Below are positions 23,417-44,336 of a DNA stretch of 64,000 nt, piece after piece; position 1 is the stretch's first letter; each line of letters begins with the position of its first letter. The notes under the pieces were generated by a model, which was not told the DNA's origin, ran no database searches, and saw nothing but the letters and a program-made list of their open reading frames with translations. The DNA lies in NCBI GenBank assembly GCA_963693365.1, contig CAVNZM010000009.1, positions 7,545,408 through 7,609,407 of the forward strand, in the 5' to 3' direction. Position numbers and translations under genes: made by a program. The stretch is from Amoebidium appalachense (Eukaryota; Protista; Ichthyosporea).

Positions 23417-24417
23417 TCACACACACACACACACACACACACACATCCTTTCGATCTCATAAAGAATGAATGATCTTTTATCCAGGTAGATTTTTTTGGC
23501 TTGCGAAATTTGAATATCAATAGTGGATTCGCCCTAGTCTCGTTATCAATAAAGAATTTCACGGGGTATTGGGAAGAGAAGGTGGTAATGCAATGTGTTT
23601 TGGGTAATTATCTAATGGGATGTTGTGGTTATCTGATAAATTACGGCACGATTATTTAGTTGCAAATCGTGGGCATCGTTTGTGCACGGTTGAGTTCCGA
23701 CTTCTACTTACTAATGTGTCAGATATCTTTGGTGCTTCATTTAATCAAATATTCTCCGGCAAAGAACGACTTACAGCTCTAATGGGGCTAACAGTACTTT
23801 GCATATGTCCGCAAAATAGTATTTATTTAGGCCCTGCTTTGTGGGCCGTTTTTAAATTCGCAAGGCCTGTGGCCAATAAATAGCTAGATGTATATTTATG
23901 AGATCATTTGTCCGATTCGGAACCGGATATAGCCCATATTCAGATTTTTTTTTATATTTGTTGTGTCCAATGCGTGTATACGTGTGTTGAAGTGGGTTCT
24001 TTGAACGTTGTAGAGGGAAAGGCAACACGACACCAACACTGGGGGTTAACGGGAACTCACTCATTTCCCTAACCCTTTACTATCGGCTTTCTGCACAGCA
24101 CAGAGCGCAGGCTGATGTACGGGACGTTGTCTCCTGGACCAGGACACGTAGGCGCACTCATTGAATTCCTCATCCATATAGGGAGCGCCAGGCTCGTATC
24201 CTATCTATTAGCTATGTGCTATTCGATGGTAATTTACCGGCCATATGGCGCAATCACACCACAAAATGAATATCAATGGCATAAAAAAGAGTCTACGGCC
24301 GCGGATTGTGGCCTTACGGAGTTTCTTGTGACAACAAGGAATTGTTGGCATTCAGATTGAATTCCGAGGGTGGGTGGGGTGTTTTTTGTTTTGTTTTTTG
24401 TTTTTTCTTGTTTTTTT

Positions 24418-24470
<53 letters not shown>

Positions 24471-24507
24471 AGCATATGCCAATGTGCGGTGTCGACATCC
24501 ATAAAAC

Positions 24508-24618
<111 letters not shown>

Positions 24619-25140
24619 AATTTTGTTTGTTTGTTTGCTAAATTTTGTTTGTTTGTCGTGGGGGTGGTGGTGGTGGTGGGGGGAGTGGTGGGTGGTGGTG
24701 GTGTGGGGGGGGATATAGGATATGGTGGTGTGGGATGGTGAATGTGCGTGCGTATACCAGCTGAGCGCATGCATGCAGCTCTCCCAAAAGAGTGTGCGAG
24801 TTAGTGCATACGTAGCCTTTAAAAAAAGTATGAGAATTAATATTTGTGTGCGCTTTTCTAGCTTGTACACACCTAATATTAATATAGGGGAATTTTCTAT
24901 GTGAAACAGCGGAAAGGGGCAATAGAAAGGCATCCAAACCTCCTTAGTGGGACTCCCCCTTCCTCCCCCCTTACCCCAACCCCCCCTCCCCCACCTGTGC
25001 GTGTGCCCGCGCGCGCAAGAGAGAGAGAGAGAAGAGATAGAGAGGGGGGGGGGGGGGGGGGGGGGGGGGGGAGGGGGGGGAGAGAGAGAGAGGGAGAGAG
25101 AGGGAGAGGGGGAGAGAGTAGATAGAGAGAGAGAGAGAGA

Positions 25141-25171
<31 letters not shown>

Positions 25172-25227
25172 AAAAAGCGAATGAGAGTGAAAGAACAGAG
25201 GGAGAGAGAGAGAAGAGAGATAGAGAT

Positions 25228-25275
<48 letters not shown>

Positions 25276-25322
25276 GGGGGGGGGGGGGGCTGGGTAGGGG
25301 GAGGGGGGGGGGGGGGGGGGGG

Positions 25323-25365
<43 letters not shown>

Positions 25366-25797
25366 GGGGGGAAAGAGATACTATAGTAGAGAGAGAGAAA
25401 GAAGGGAAAGGGAGGGGAGGAGGGGAGGGGGATAGATGCACGGGAGGCGAGAAAGAGACAGAGAAAGAGAGAGTGAGCACGAGGTTGCCAAGTTTATTGA
25501 TTTCGCGTTATGGAGCACGCACATGTGCATGGCGACCTCGGTGTTAACGGTCTTTAAAGACTCCGTGTTCGTGTTGTGTGCAGCAGAATGAGCAGAATCT
25601 ACACCAATCTAGTTGTCCTCAGATCATTGGTTGTTACTCCACCAATCCGAAAAGATAACGAATGTGATTGGATTGTTTTAGATAGCGCCTAGATCATTGT
25701 GACACGGCTGTCATGTTCGGCATGATCCGGTGGCATCGACACTCGATACAATGATAAAAAATGCAGGATTACATGCACATACATGTGTAGGAGCCTT

Positions 25798-26029
25798 ATA
25801 GGGGCAACCCTCCAAATCTTGACGCCACCATCCAATTCGTGAAGCCACTGTATTATGGAAGACTACTTTTTATTCTTTCTATATGATTTTTTGCGTGCCT
25901 GTTATAAAAAAAATATATGTTTAAGCGTCACGCAAAAAATCATATAGAAAGAATAAAAAATAGTCTTCCACAATACAGTGGCTTCACGAATAGGATGGTG
26001 GCTTCAAGATTTGGATGGTTTTGCCCCTA
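25798..26029. mobile_element. Foldback/MITE: about 100-bp near-perfect inverted arms
   Basis: Arm 25798-25897 (ATAGGGGCAACCCTCCAAATCTTG...TTTTTTGCGTG) pairs with arm 25929-26029 (CACGCAAAAAA...CAAGATTTGGATGGTTTTGCCCCTAT). Confidence 0.85.
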
Positions 26030-26320
26030 TGTATTATTTTTAATGCTTTGCGTCCTTATTTTTGCTTCATCTGCATAGTTTTAGAAACGTGTGTACCAGA
26101 CGTGCGAGACCCAGAATTTTTTTTATCCTCCCATTCCTGATGATGGGAATTTACGCTGCATTGAATAGGCACGTGTTTTACCATGCCCAAGCGGGTATGT
26201 AAGCGCTTGCGACTTCCCAGTACATTCCACTTCAAGTTGGTGGCCCGATAACAATCTCGCGGGCACACAACAACTGATTTCACACTGAATCATACAAGCT
26301 GCTATCTTCCCGAGCGCACC

Positions 26321-27257
26321 ATGGCTCCAGTTGCCTCCACGCTTGCACGCGGGGAAGGCTCGTCCACCGATTCTGCCGCGGGAGACAACATCGCCTCTTT
26401 TCTCTCCAACACCCAACTCAACCAACTCTACTGTCTCATTGAGTCCCTCGCTAAGCTGGGTGTCCATTCTCTTCTCCAAATCCCCGAAGTACTCGCCGTT
26501 GGCAACCAGACATCCGGCAAGAGTTCAACTCTCTCTTCCCTGACGGGCCTCAACTTTCCACGCGACACTGGCCTGTGCACGCGGTTCCCCACCGAGGTGA
26601 GACTCCGCCGAACGTCCGGCAGCCCTTCCACCCGTGCATGGGTGCGCAAGGCAGACACAAACGAGGAAATCTCTGTTCCTGTTAACCGAGACGCTATTGG
26701 AGCAACTATCAAGAAAGCCGTGGAGCATCTCTGCACTGCCAACGAGACTATTTCCGAGGGAGTGCTCATTATCGAGGACAACCATCCCAACCACATCCCC
26801 TTAACTGTTACGGACCTTCCAGGCTACATCCAGTACGATGAAAACGACCCCTCGCTACCAGAGAAGATACGGAAACTGGTTCGGAAGCACATCTCCAAGC
26901 CCTACGCTGTGATCCTGGCCATCTCTCCAGCCACCGAGGACATTATGAACAACATGGTGTTCCGTGAGGCCAAGGAGGTTGACCCTGGGTTCAGTCGCAC
27001 GATTGGCGTGCTGACAAAGATCGACATGATGCCGGAGGAGCTGCGCCCGGCAGTGCTGGAAGTGGCATCCAACAAGAAGGTATGCCTTTTTGCATGACAG
27101 ATTTCCGATGTGCACATCTCATCGTTCTATTAGTTAGTATCAATATTGTTGGCATAAAATTATTCAAGCTACTTACATGTGAGATATTACTTAAGCTTGT
27201 GTTGTGGAGAGGCTGTGTTGTGCTGTGTCCCCCCCTCCCCCCTCGAGCCCCCCCCCC

Positions 27258-27308
<51 letters not shown>

Positions 27309-27312
27309 CCCC

Positions 27313-27343
<31 letters not shown>

Positions 27344-29694
27344 CCCGACAGGGTATTTGGTGCATATGGCGACACTACTGAGTATTAAACTATGATGGGC
27401 TTCTATTTTTATCATGTCAATGAATTATGATGGGCTTCTATTTTATCATGTCAATGATTGTTGAGTTACCGTTGTCAGTGGGTAGACGAAGAAGCAGAAA
27501 GCCAGACATTTTCATAAGATCGACTTACCGTAGGGCCTTTTTTAACTACCCAGGTGAACCTGAAAACGGGTGGCACCTAGTCATCAACAATCCCCGCCCT
27601 GACCGCACCGACAGCAAAACCCATTGTTATGTCCCCGCGGCGAGCAGTCGTATCAATCGATCGATTCAGATCTATTCATATCTATTTGCTTTGTTTACTT
27701 TTCGTCGGTGCCGGTTCATCCAATCAGATGTCGGTACTTGGTGACGAGTGAGCCAATCATAAATGTGGTATATGCGTATCCAATCGAATGATCGAATACA
27801 ATTGTAAACGTTTCGGTCACTGTACTTGGAAACGATCTACGGTGGGAATCGCGTGTGTAGGCAGAGTGGTGAGTTCGGTAGAAACTTATGGCCTCTTCCG
27901 TGTTGATTGGAACACATAAACGATACGGCCAGAGAAAACGAATGAGTAACAGGCAGGTTGTGAGTGATTGGAGAACCTCATACTCGACCAGTCATGTCGT
28001 GGGCATCCAGGCAAAGTCCAGCTGCAGTGAGTGGTCGTTGTAAACCTGCAGCTGCACATGTGAGAGAGACAGCATCCGAAAGGTAACTGGTAACCAAAGT
28101 GACAAACAGGAAAAGTACTGGTACCTGTCTACTTGGAGTATATTTCGAGGCTGTGTAAGTCATAAGTCATGCAGCAGTAAAGATTATATATGAGTGTTAG
28201 AACCGGCAAGAGACCAAGTAACACACACAGTAATTGCTAGCCCTGTACTAATCTGTAATATGATTGGTCGGCTAGGGAGTTGTGTGATTGGTCAAGTCAC
28301 CATGTCCGGGTCGACCACACGTATATATTATAAACGCACGCATCGATCCTCTGAAATCCAGTTCAGAGTGAACCCCGTTTTACTCTTACACATACACTTT
28401 ACACTGAAGTGTCCGTGAGGATACTTTACACCCATGACCAGTTCGAAGCCGAAATCCTCTCCAAATTCGAGTGGGGAATGGTGAACGACCGCGCCAAAAC
28501 AGTCCCCCGGCTACGCGAACGGATTTCACAACACATTGGTGTGATGGTGCGTGCCATGCTTCCCTCTCTCCAAACAAAAGCCAAAGATATGCTCGAGGAA
28601 TTTCGTCGCAAGCGACGCTCGCTCTCGGACGAATTGGATAGCGACGAGAAGCGCAAGGCGTTCATCAACGAAACGGTCCTGAAGTTAAAGGAACAGTACG
28701 AGGACCAACTGCTTCTAAGGGTCTGCGGTGGTGGAAAACAGTCTGGTGGAGCAGATTAACGGGTTGAAGGATTGGATTCGGGCCAGCATTGAAGAGAAAA
28801 CCGAGTATCTGGGGGATGATGATGAGACCATTGAAGATTTGATTTCCGACATCAAGAGGTTCAGGATAAAGCAGGTGGGGTACACGGAAATGCATGCAAA
28901 AATGGAGTCGTCACTTCCCCCCCCCCCCCCCTCCCCTCTCCCCCTCCCTTATCCACCCACTCAACCGTCCAGCATCTTGCCCCCACCAACCCCTCCCCTA
29001 TAGCTCCTATGCTCCGATGCCCTTTCTTCCTTCCTCCTCCCTACCCCCCTCCCTCCCCCCCCCCCCCCCCCCCCCCCCCCCTTTTGTGCCGCTCCCTCCC
29101 CCCAAAAGTAGTACTGATCATCAATAACCTAAACCAACCCATGCATTGGTTGACCGCCATACTTTTCTACCTTCTTCTTGTGCCCTTGCCGCACCAAAAA
29201 AATTAATTGTTACTGTGTGAAAGAGAAATATTTGCGGCAGAAGGCCTCAATAAAGGATGATGTATACAGCAACTCTGTATTCCAAATGGTAACTCCGTTG
29301 AAAATAGACACTAACTGTCACAAGCGTACTGACTTAATGGGTGGGGGCGGGGGCAGGTTGAGGGGCTGTACGTCTACCAGGTCTTTGAGGCACGTGTGCG
29401 CCAGCAGATCCGTGGTTGGTCGGACATCGTTCATAACGTCACACACGCAATCCACGACTTGCACGAGGAGGCCATGCACCGGGTGATGGGGTCGGGGGAC
29501 CTCGGGTTGGACCACACGCCTATGCTCAAGGCCAGAATCGGGCAGATAGTGCAGGTGCGTGTGTGTATGTGTGTATTCCAGTCTGAATTTATTCCAGTCT
29601 GATCAGACACGATATTCGTTTATGGATCCTAACGCCAAGGACCACTAATTGGGTGCTGCCGATCAACTTTTTGCCTTTTTTCATTGAATTGGGG

Positions 29695-29736
<42 letters not shown>

Positions 29737-30330
29737 GAGTTTTCCAAACTGAACAGAAAAAAAAAAAAATTGATTCATAAAGTAATGAACCTCCTCTCCC
29801 CTCCCCCCATCCCCACCCCCGGCTCCTCCCCCCGGCCACCCCCCCTCCCCCGCCCCCCCCCCCCCCTCCCCCTCTCCCCCTTCCCCAAACACCTTCCCCC
29901 CCACACTCCCCCCGCTTCCCCCTCCTGCCCCCCCCCCCCCCCTCCCCGCCCCCACCACCACCACCACCACCACCACACATACACACACACAGGAAACCAT
30001 CGATCAGCAATGTGAGCGCCTCGAGCAGAACATACGTCACCACATGACGTTGGAAGACCAACCGGAGACATCCAACCACAAGTTCATGCAAACAGTAGTC
30101 AAGGACATGCAAACGCCCAGATGACCGCACTGCAAAAGGTCACTAGTTTTTTTGGCATGGAAACTCGGGAAACTTTGTGGATGTGAGTAACTAGCCTCCC
30201 TCCCCCCTCACCCCTTCCCCCCCCCACTCCCCCCCCCCCCCCCCTCCCCCCCCCCCCCCCCCCCCCCCCTTCCCCCCGTCTCTCCCCCTCCGTGACCCTT
30301 CCCTTTTATGCACACACACAACCCCCCCCC

Positions 30331-30364
<34 letters not shown>

Positions 30365-30937
30365 ACCCTCCACCCTCCCGAACAATAATGCCTACCGTTC
30401 CACCACGGATCTCTTTCCTTGTCAGCATATCCTTCCCCCACCTCCCTCACCCACCCCATCCCCTCTTTCCATTCCCTGAGGCTCCCTTCTCCTCCCCTGT
30501 CCCGCCCCCTTCCCTTTCCACCTCCTCCTCCCCAGCAAAATGGAAAATGGTAGTGCTCAAGTGTGCAACTCCCCCCCCCCCCCCCCCCCTCCCCCCCGCC
30601 TCTCTCAGAGGCTCATGGCCACATGCCCTGGCGCTGCCCTGATTTCTAATCAAAACTCTACCCTGGCTATATCTCTTCCCTGCAAACTGACCAAAACTAA
30701 AACCCTTTCACCTCCTCTTCCTTCACTCCCCATCTCCCCATATTCCGCCCCAAGGGCATGCTCCCTCTCCCATCTTCAGCCACCCCTTACTACCCCTTCA
30801 AATCTCACGCGCACCCGCATATTCACAAGCTTACATTTTCCCACACAACCCCCCCCTCCCCCCCCCCCCCCCCCCCCCCCTCACCCCAAAACACACCCAA
30901 GCACTCGCACGCCCACCCAGACATCCCGGCACACACC

Positions 30938-31004
<67 letters not shown>

Positions 31005-31723
31005 CCCCCCCTGCCCCAACTCCCCCCCCTACACACACACACACACCAACACACCCACCCACACCGTGCGCGCGCAAGCTTCCTGCCCCCTTCCCCCCCC
31101 CCCCCCCCCCCCCCCCCTCCCCCCCCTCCCCCTACACACACACACACACACACACCGGCAGCAACTCGCGAATGCAATGGCCCAAGTCAGCAATCAAGAG
31201 CTACTGGCACGGCAGATTGTGACTGAAAGAAACGAGTACATCCGATTGGCTCACGCACGATTGGTTGACGTCATCGCTATGAATCTCACATACTTCGCCA
31301 TACGGGATTTCCTCGAACAGGTGTGTGTGTGTGGATTGGTGGGTGCATGGGTTCGTGAGTGCGCGCGCGCGCGCCTGTGTGTGTGTGTGTGTGTGCGTGC
31401 GTGTGCGCGTGCGTCTGTGTGCCCACGCATGTGTGTGTGTGTGTGTGTTGTACATGTGTGTGTAAGGTCGTCGCTGTTTTCACTTTGTCATGGTCTGACC
31501 TGGTGTACACGTGTGTACTATTTCTTAGTACCCCCTCCCCCCCTCCCCGCCTTCTTCTCCCCTTCACCCGCCCGCACGCGGGCAAACTCATTTGTACCCA
31601 TCCCCACACCACCTCACTCCCTTCTAGGCCACCATGAACGCCATCAAACCTCTTTTAAGCATTTTGCCGGGAACTCGCTTACTGAAGCTTTCCCAAGCAA
31701 TTTTTTTCAAACCCATACTGCTG

Positions 31724-31759
<36 letters not shown>

Positions 31760-32222
31760 CGCTGCCCCCCTCTCCCCAGACTCCCCCCCCTTTCCCCCAC
31801 CTCCACCTTTTGTCTTGAACACACACAAACATCCGGACAGCTGGAGCATTAGCCTCACCTCACTCACCCTTGTTCTCTCTATATCCCCCTCCCCCCCTAG
31901 GGACCCCCCCCCCCCCCCCCCTCCCTCCCTCCTGCCCCTCCCCACACACACGCACATATTTCCCCTCATAAAATATCCTATCCCTTTTGCCTCCCCAAGA
32001 GTCCCACACTTTTTTCCACCCTCCACCCCCCGTCCACCCCCCCCCCCCCCCCCCCCCCCCCCCCTTCCCGCCCATTCTACCCCTCTAATATCCTCCCTCC
32101 CTCCCCCCTCCCCCAACTTACCCGCGTCGAATTAAAGACCTCCCCCCCCCCGGGGCCCCCTCCCCCCCCCCCCCCCCCCCCCCCTTCCCCCCCCGGTAAA
32201 CGACCCCCCCCACCCCCACCCC

Positions 32223-32292
<70 letters not shown>

Positions 32293-33003
32293 AACACACA
32301 GCTACCCAAGAAGTTGCTTCAAGTGACCGACAGTGAGATCGAGTCTCTTGTTGCCGAGGACCCAGACGTCAAGAGAGAGAGAGAGGACTTGGACAGCAAA
32401 CTGGCTCGGATGAGAGAGGCTGTGAAAGAGTTGAACGGGCTTGCAATGTCTGGAGGGAGTGTTAGTCATAACCAACCCAAGTATCACCACCCGGGAGCGA
32501 AGTCTAAGAACACTATCCCTGGCTGTCAAATGAATGCACTGCAACCCAGCCCACGAGCACCACACAGCCCGTCGGTATCGGTTCAAGATAGCAATAGGCC
32601 TCCTACCAACCAAACACCGACTACTTCGGCGATTACTGTAACACAGGGACCACCCAAAGACAAACAAGTCGACGTCAGCGTAACCCCGGCCGCGGTGCAA
32701 AGCAACAATCGCAGCCCAACTCCACCTCCGATTCTGGACGCGCCCTCGCAAAAACCCCGTGATTCCAACTCTGCAGCTGAGGTTATAGCTAGTGGATCCG
32801 GGAGACAGCTTCATCAGGACTGTGACCAAGTCATCCCCGTCCAAACAGTACGGGCAGAAAACGGCCAATCACCCACCGACTTTCACTTCGATCTCTTAGC
32901 TGTCACGTCAACTTTTTTTCCTGATTCTTCACCATGGCAGGTATATAAAGGCTTTCGCTTCTTCTATTTGTGGTGGGAGGGAGTCCCCCTCAGGGGAACG
33001 TGA
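26321..33003 (+). pseudogene. Mx/dynamin-like GTPase, copy A, disrupted by a solo LTR and apparent frameshifts
   Basis: Exons 26321-27079, 27554-28874, 29357-29554, 29993-30182, 31162-31320 and 32302 onward. Motifs G1 GNQTSGKSS, G2 LCTRFP, G3 DLPG, G4 TKID. Compared with copy B it has an 806-bp insertion in exon 2 and 1-nt indels near 27563, 28717, 30103 and 30163. Confidence 0.8.
27625..28430. mobile_element. Solo LTR (806 bp)
   Basis: Starts TGTTA and ends TTACA (TG...CA). 5-bp TSD CCCAT at 27620-27624 and 28431-28435. Removing it restores ...KTHDQFEAE as in copy B. Confidence 0.85.
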
Positions 33004-33299
33004 CTGCAGCGTGTGTGTGGTGTGGCCTGGTGTATTCCTACTGCTGTGAGAGTGTGGGGGCATCTCCCTTTCGCGGAGTTTCTCGCTGGAGAAGTGGTTT
33101 CTTCAACGCCTGGTGGTCCACTGCAACCTATGGTAACTTCTACACGCTGTCTACGCTTCTACGCGACCTATTGGCGGTGGGCTGCTGCAACTTCTTCAGC
33201 TACTTCTGCGCTGCGTGAGTGGAGGGGCGGCTACTTGGTCGTCGAGGAGCTTTCCAAGTGACTGCCAGTCCTTAGCCTCCAGTCGTATGGCAATGACCG

Positions 33300-33758
33300 G
33301 GTTTGCTTGCATGCATTCTGTAGTTGTGTTTTTCTGTGTGTCCTGCCACAACTAGGCCACCTTATCAGCGAGCTAGATGCAGTTTCTCCGGGTTATCTAG
33401 GGGCCGGGCCCGTTGGGATTGTTTTTTAGCTCAGATTTGGTCTGCATTGCTCTTTTAGAGGCTGACTTGCTTGCTGTGCCTCGGTAGGTTTTGAGGGGGG
33501 CCTGTTGGGAAGGAGCAGTAATGATGTCTTCTTGCGGAGTGTGGTCTGGTCAACATCGATGCATTATATGACTAGTTGGAGCAAACTAGTTTCACGCATA
33601 CACGTACACTTAAGGTTTTGCCTGCTGGTGTCCTTTGTCACTTGTCGCTTTATTTTTATTTCGTAGCTTTTTCAGTTCTATTGGTGGTTATGTAGCCTGT
33701 GGCTGCACGTTGCCTTCATCAACGGATCAATAAACTTGAGTCAAAAGAAGAAAAAAAA
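33300..33758 (+). mobile_element. Possible degenerate LINE 3' end
   Basis: AATAAACTTGAGTCAAAAGAAGAAAAAAAA (about 33729-33758) matches the tail AATAAATCCAGTCAAAAGAAGAAGAAAAAA of the 8400-8790 fragment. The upstream boundary is not defined. Confidence 0.3.
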
Positions 33759-34102
33759 TTACTCTCCCGCTGTAGTGGCTGCACCGCAAAAAACCCACCG
33801 GGCTGCAATTGCGAGCAACACCTCTCACCCCCAGGAGTGGATCAGCCAGGGTCAGGCCTTCTCCATCAAAGGAAATTGCCGCTACCCCACTATCAACATT
33901 AACGGCAAACCAGCACGCACGGGTCTTTCGAGACACCGTTAGTGCCAAGTTTACTCTTCCCGTGTGAATAAGTGAGTTTTTTCTTTGTCAAAAGTATCAT
34001 ATGGAAATCTTATAGAACACTCCGTCTCCATCTTGAACGACCAGAGAGGCGTGGTGGAGGGTGCGGAGGGGGAGGGGGGGGGGAGGGGGGGGGGGAGGGG
34101 TG

Positions 34103-34144
<42 letters not shown>

Positions 34145-35117
34145 GGGGAGGGAAGAGGGGGGGGGGGGGGGGGGGAGGGGGAGGCCTAGGGGGAAAGGGG
34201 GGCCGGGGGGGAGGAGGGGAGGATGGGGATGTAAGTGCAGTGCTAGTGAAGGTTGCTTGAGCCATCATGATGTTGTGCACAGTATTTACAAAGTCCGAGT
34301 GGTGGTGTTTTTTCTATATACATAACAATTGATCGCATATGTATATGCCATTCGTATGTACTAGAACCTCTCCGGCCCGGATCGATACCAACGATATCCC
34401 CCTCTGTATGCACGAGAAAAAATTGTTTGATTGTTTTTGAATTCCAAAACGATTGAACCACTTGTGACTGCAATCGATGTTACCAGCGATTTAGAAGTGG
34501 TACAAGTAAACTGCCAGATATGTATGTCGGTTGAATTTTCGTATTAATTGGTATATCTTCGAGTTGGATATCCGGTGAAGCTATATAAATCATAATACTA
34601 TTTCGTTGTCTCCATGCCAAGTGTAATATATGTACATTCTTAGTGCTCTCTGTCTACTGTAACATACTATATTCATCACAAACGATTAAGATACACTGGT
34701 GAATCAGAATCTACATGAAAAGCCGTCATCCCCAATACGTCAGGAACAAAACTAAACTATCTCTGATCACGGACTTTGTGAATACACTATGTGTGATAGG
34801 GTAGGTGCGCATGCACATATGAATCACCCCATGACATTGTACATCGGTGTAAAGGTAACCCACTTCAAGGAAAAACACGAAGTTTCTCCTGAATCTTATA
34901 CCCCCCCCCCCCCCCCCCTCCCCCTCCCCCCCCCCCCCCCCCCCCCCCTGCACGCCCTTCCCTGGGTCCAGATCATATCAAAAATCATAGATCTTTGAGA
35001 GGATTGGATATGTGTTCACTGACTGCACACGTTGTCTGCTATCTTAAACTAACAAAGGACTTTCCCCATTCCCCCATTCTTGTGGCTACTACAGGGACTG
35101 AATTGCATAAACATCTG

Positions 35118-35152
<35 letters not shown>

Positions 35153-35270
35153 TTCCCCCTTCCTCCTCTGCCAAGCCCCCCTTTCCTCCTGGCGCCCATT
35201 CTTCCCGACTTCCCCCTCCGCCCCTCCCTTATATGGGATGAGCATTATATGATAGGAAGATGGGGACCGC

Positions 35271-35306
<36 letters not shown>

Positions 35307-36038
35307 AGCTTTCCTATCTTCGAGCCCAACACTCCCTGCTGCATACAGACGTGCATTTTCAAAGCCAAACAAGGTTTTGTTGTTTACGTTCTGTTCCCCC
35401 AGGTCCGGCCTGTGCAAGAACAGAAAATACGCTTGAATCCATTCGAATTGTTAACATATCATACTTAGCTTCTATAAGGCACGGGCTCAAAAGCCCAACA
35501 TAATCGCAGGCACAAAGTTCAGAGAACTGTACAGAAACCATTCGAAATACACATCAGTCAACTGAGAAAACTTACTCGATCTCGTGTGGGCAAAGAAAAA
35601 AAACCCCTACCTACGTCTACTCTTGCGGATATAAGACGGGGACGCAAGCGGTAAATGGTAAAGCAATATGAACGAAGATAATTCGTAAACTAACCACAAG
35701 GAGAAACACAGGTTTAAATACACGGAACATATTTCCCCCTAGATTCCAGCAAATCAGATCGTTCCAAACATGCTCATTAGAAGCTTTGGGATATGATTGG
35801 CATGCAAAGAACTTTCTTGCAAATCGCCATACATCACACAGATAAACTACACATCATTGGTTGGTCAGAACGGTCTAATCGGATCACCCATACATGTAAA
35901 CTGTTCGAATCCAACAATTACCTGCCACACAGCTATGTGAAAAAGCAACGACGAAACACGTCCAAAGTACTCGTACACAAATCCTTCATGCAACATTTTC
36001 ATTCGACTCTACGATGTAGTCACCAGGGGAAGTCCCTT

Positions 36039-42738
<6,700 letters not shown>

Positions 42739-43655
42739 GGGGGGTTCCTGGACTTCCCCATCTGTGGCCGAGCAAGCAGGTGAGCACAAGCGCATGTTTG
42801 TAGAAACATGGAAATTCTCTAACTTTGGGCTTTCTTGGCGCACTATCCCCGAATACTGTGCTTCATTAACTTTTCTTTAATCCAGTTGGTGAAGTGTGTG
42901 TTCTAGAGAGAAGGGATGCATACTACTGTTGCCGTTCGCTGCTCCATTTGCTGCGCCGTTGGCCGCGCGCCGACCCGCCTCCTCCCAGTCCATTTTTAGT
43001 GAAGCCCGTTATGAACCCAAGCAAGAGAAGGCCTGCTCCCTTAAGTTGGGAACGTCCCTTGGGTGAGATGCTACGTATAGTTTGGCTGTAGGTGTTGTCT
43101 ATTTGGACCTTTAGGTGGGTATGCGCGAGGAATACAGTAGTATTATAAAGCTGTGAAAAAAGGTATAAACGTGAAAACCCGTATAAACGTAAGCAGAAAA
43201 GTCGCAGATTCTTAAAAAAAAACATCACTTTCCAAACCCCAAAAACTTCTCTGTTTACACTGGCCCAGACTGACTGGACTGGGCCATGCGTGCTTCCGCA
43301 AAATGATTGCGTAACCTTTCCAGGTGTAACGTGAGGTACTTACTAACCGTGAGCCTCCTCCGAGATCTGGTCAGCCGGACTAATAGGTAAATTTTTTTTT
43401 TTAAAAAGGCCTTTCCTTTTACTACTTTATTTTATCTAGTGTAAATTATTGTATGTAAAGTAAAATACTACGTGTTTGCATGTCAAGTGTCCTATGTACT
43501 TCCCTCTGTTGATACACGCACTTGCCTTTTTACTTTTTCAAGTTTACAAAGGGTGGATGGTAGCTCATGCTCCGGAGCATATATGTTGCCGTTTTTGGCA
43601 TCAGTGATAACAGAAACAATACTGACAGTGTGGCTCTCTCTCTCTCTCTCTCTCC

Positions 43656-43748
<93 letters not shown>

Positions 43749-43808
43749 GTGTGTGTGTGTGCGTCAGTGGCATCATGGTGTGTGCATGTGTGTGATTAGA
43801 GGGGGGAA

Positions 43809-43851
<43 letters not shown>

Positions 43852-43896
43852 AGATGGGGGGGGGGGGGGGGGGGGGGGATGATGGGGATTTGGGGG

Positions 43897-44260
43897 AAAA
43901 GACTGAGGCTTCCACTATTGATATATTCAAGACATGGAGCACTTTATTTGAAGATAAATCGAATTTACAAAAAGATGCAAGTTACAGAAGCAGGCATGTC
44001 AGCCCACTGTGTCCCTTTTTCAAACAACAACGAGGCAAAAAAATATCTCTCTCGATAGTTTTCTTGTGGTATTGGGATATTCACCAACGGAAACCGCCCA
44101 AAAAAAAATCCATATCACCCTCTGAGGCAATAAAGGCACGAAAAATCGGATAACTGGGGATTAACAGCACCAAATGAAAATAGCACCAAACATGACGATA
44201 TTTGAAGCTCATGCTCAGGACCACGTTCACATACACGAATATTTTTAAATATATAATGGC
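43897..44260. repeat. Dispersed repeat, diverged direct copy of 53137-53490
   Basis: Shared colinear blocks CTTCC.CTATTGATA..CAAGACA..AGCAC, GAATTTACAAAA, TGGGATATT..CCAACGGAAACCG, TAGCACCAAACATGAC, GTTCACATAC.CGAATATT. Confidence 0.75.
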
Positions 44261-44336
44261 TTTATTGATATGCTCAGGAAAAGAGAAGCAATCCGGAGAT
44301 ATCACAGATATCTCAGAGAAGACGGTACAAAAACCC

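Noticed and set aside
24060-24230. Short ORF end (ALIEFLIHIG) resembling a LINE C-terminus
   Set aside because: Too short, with no supporting domain or second copy.
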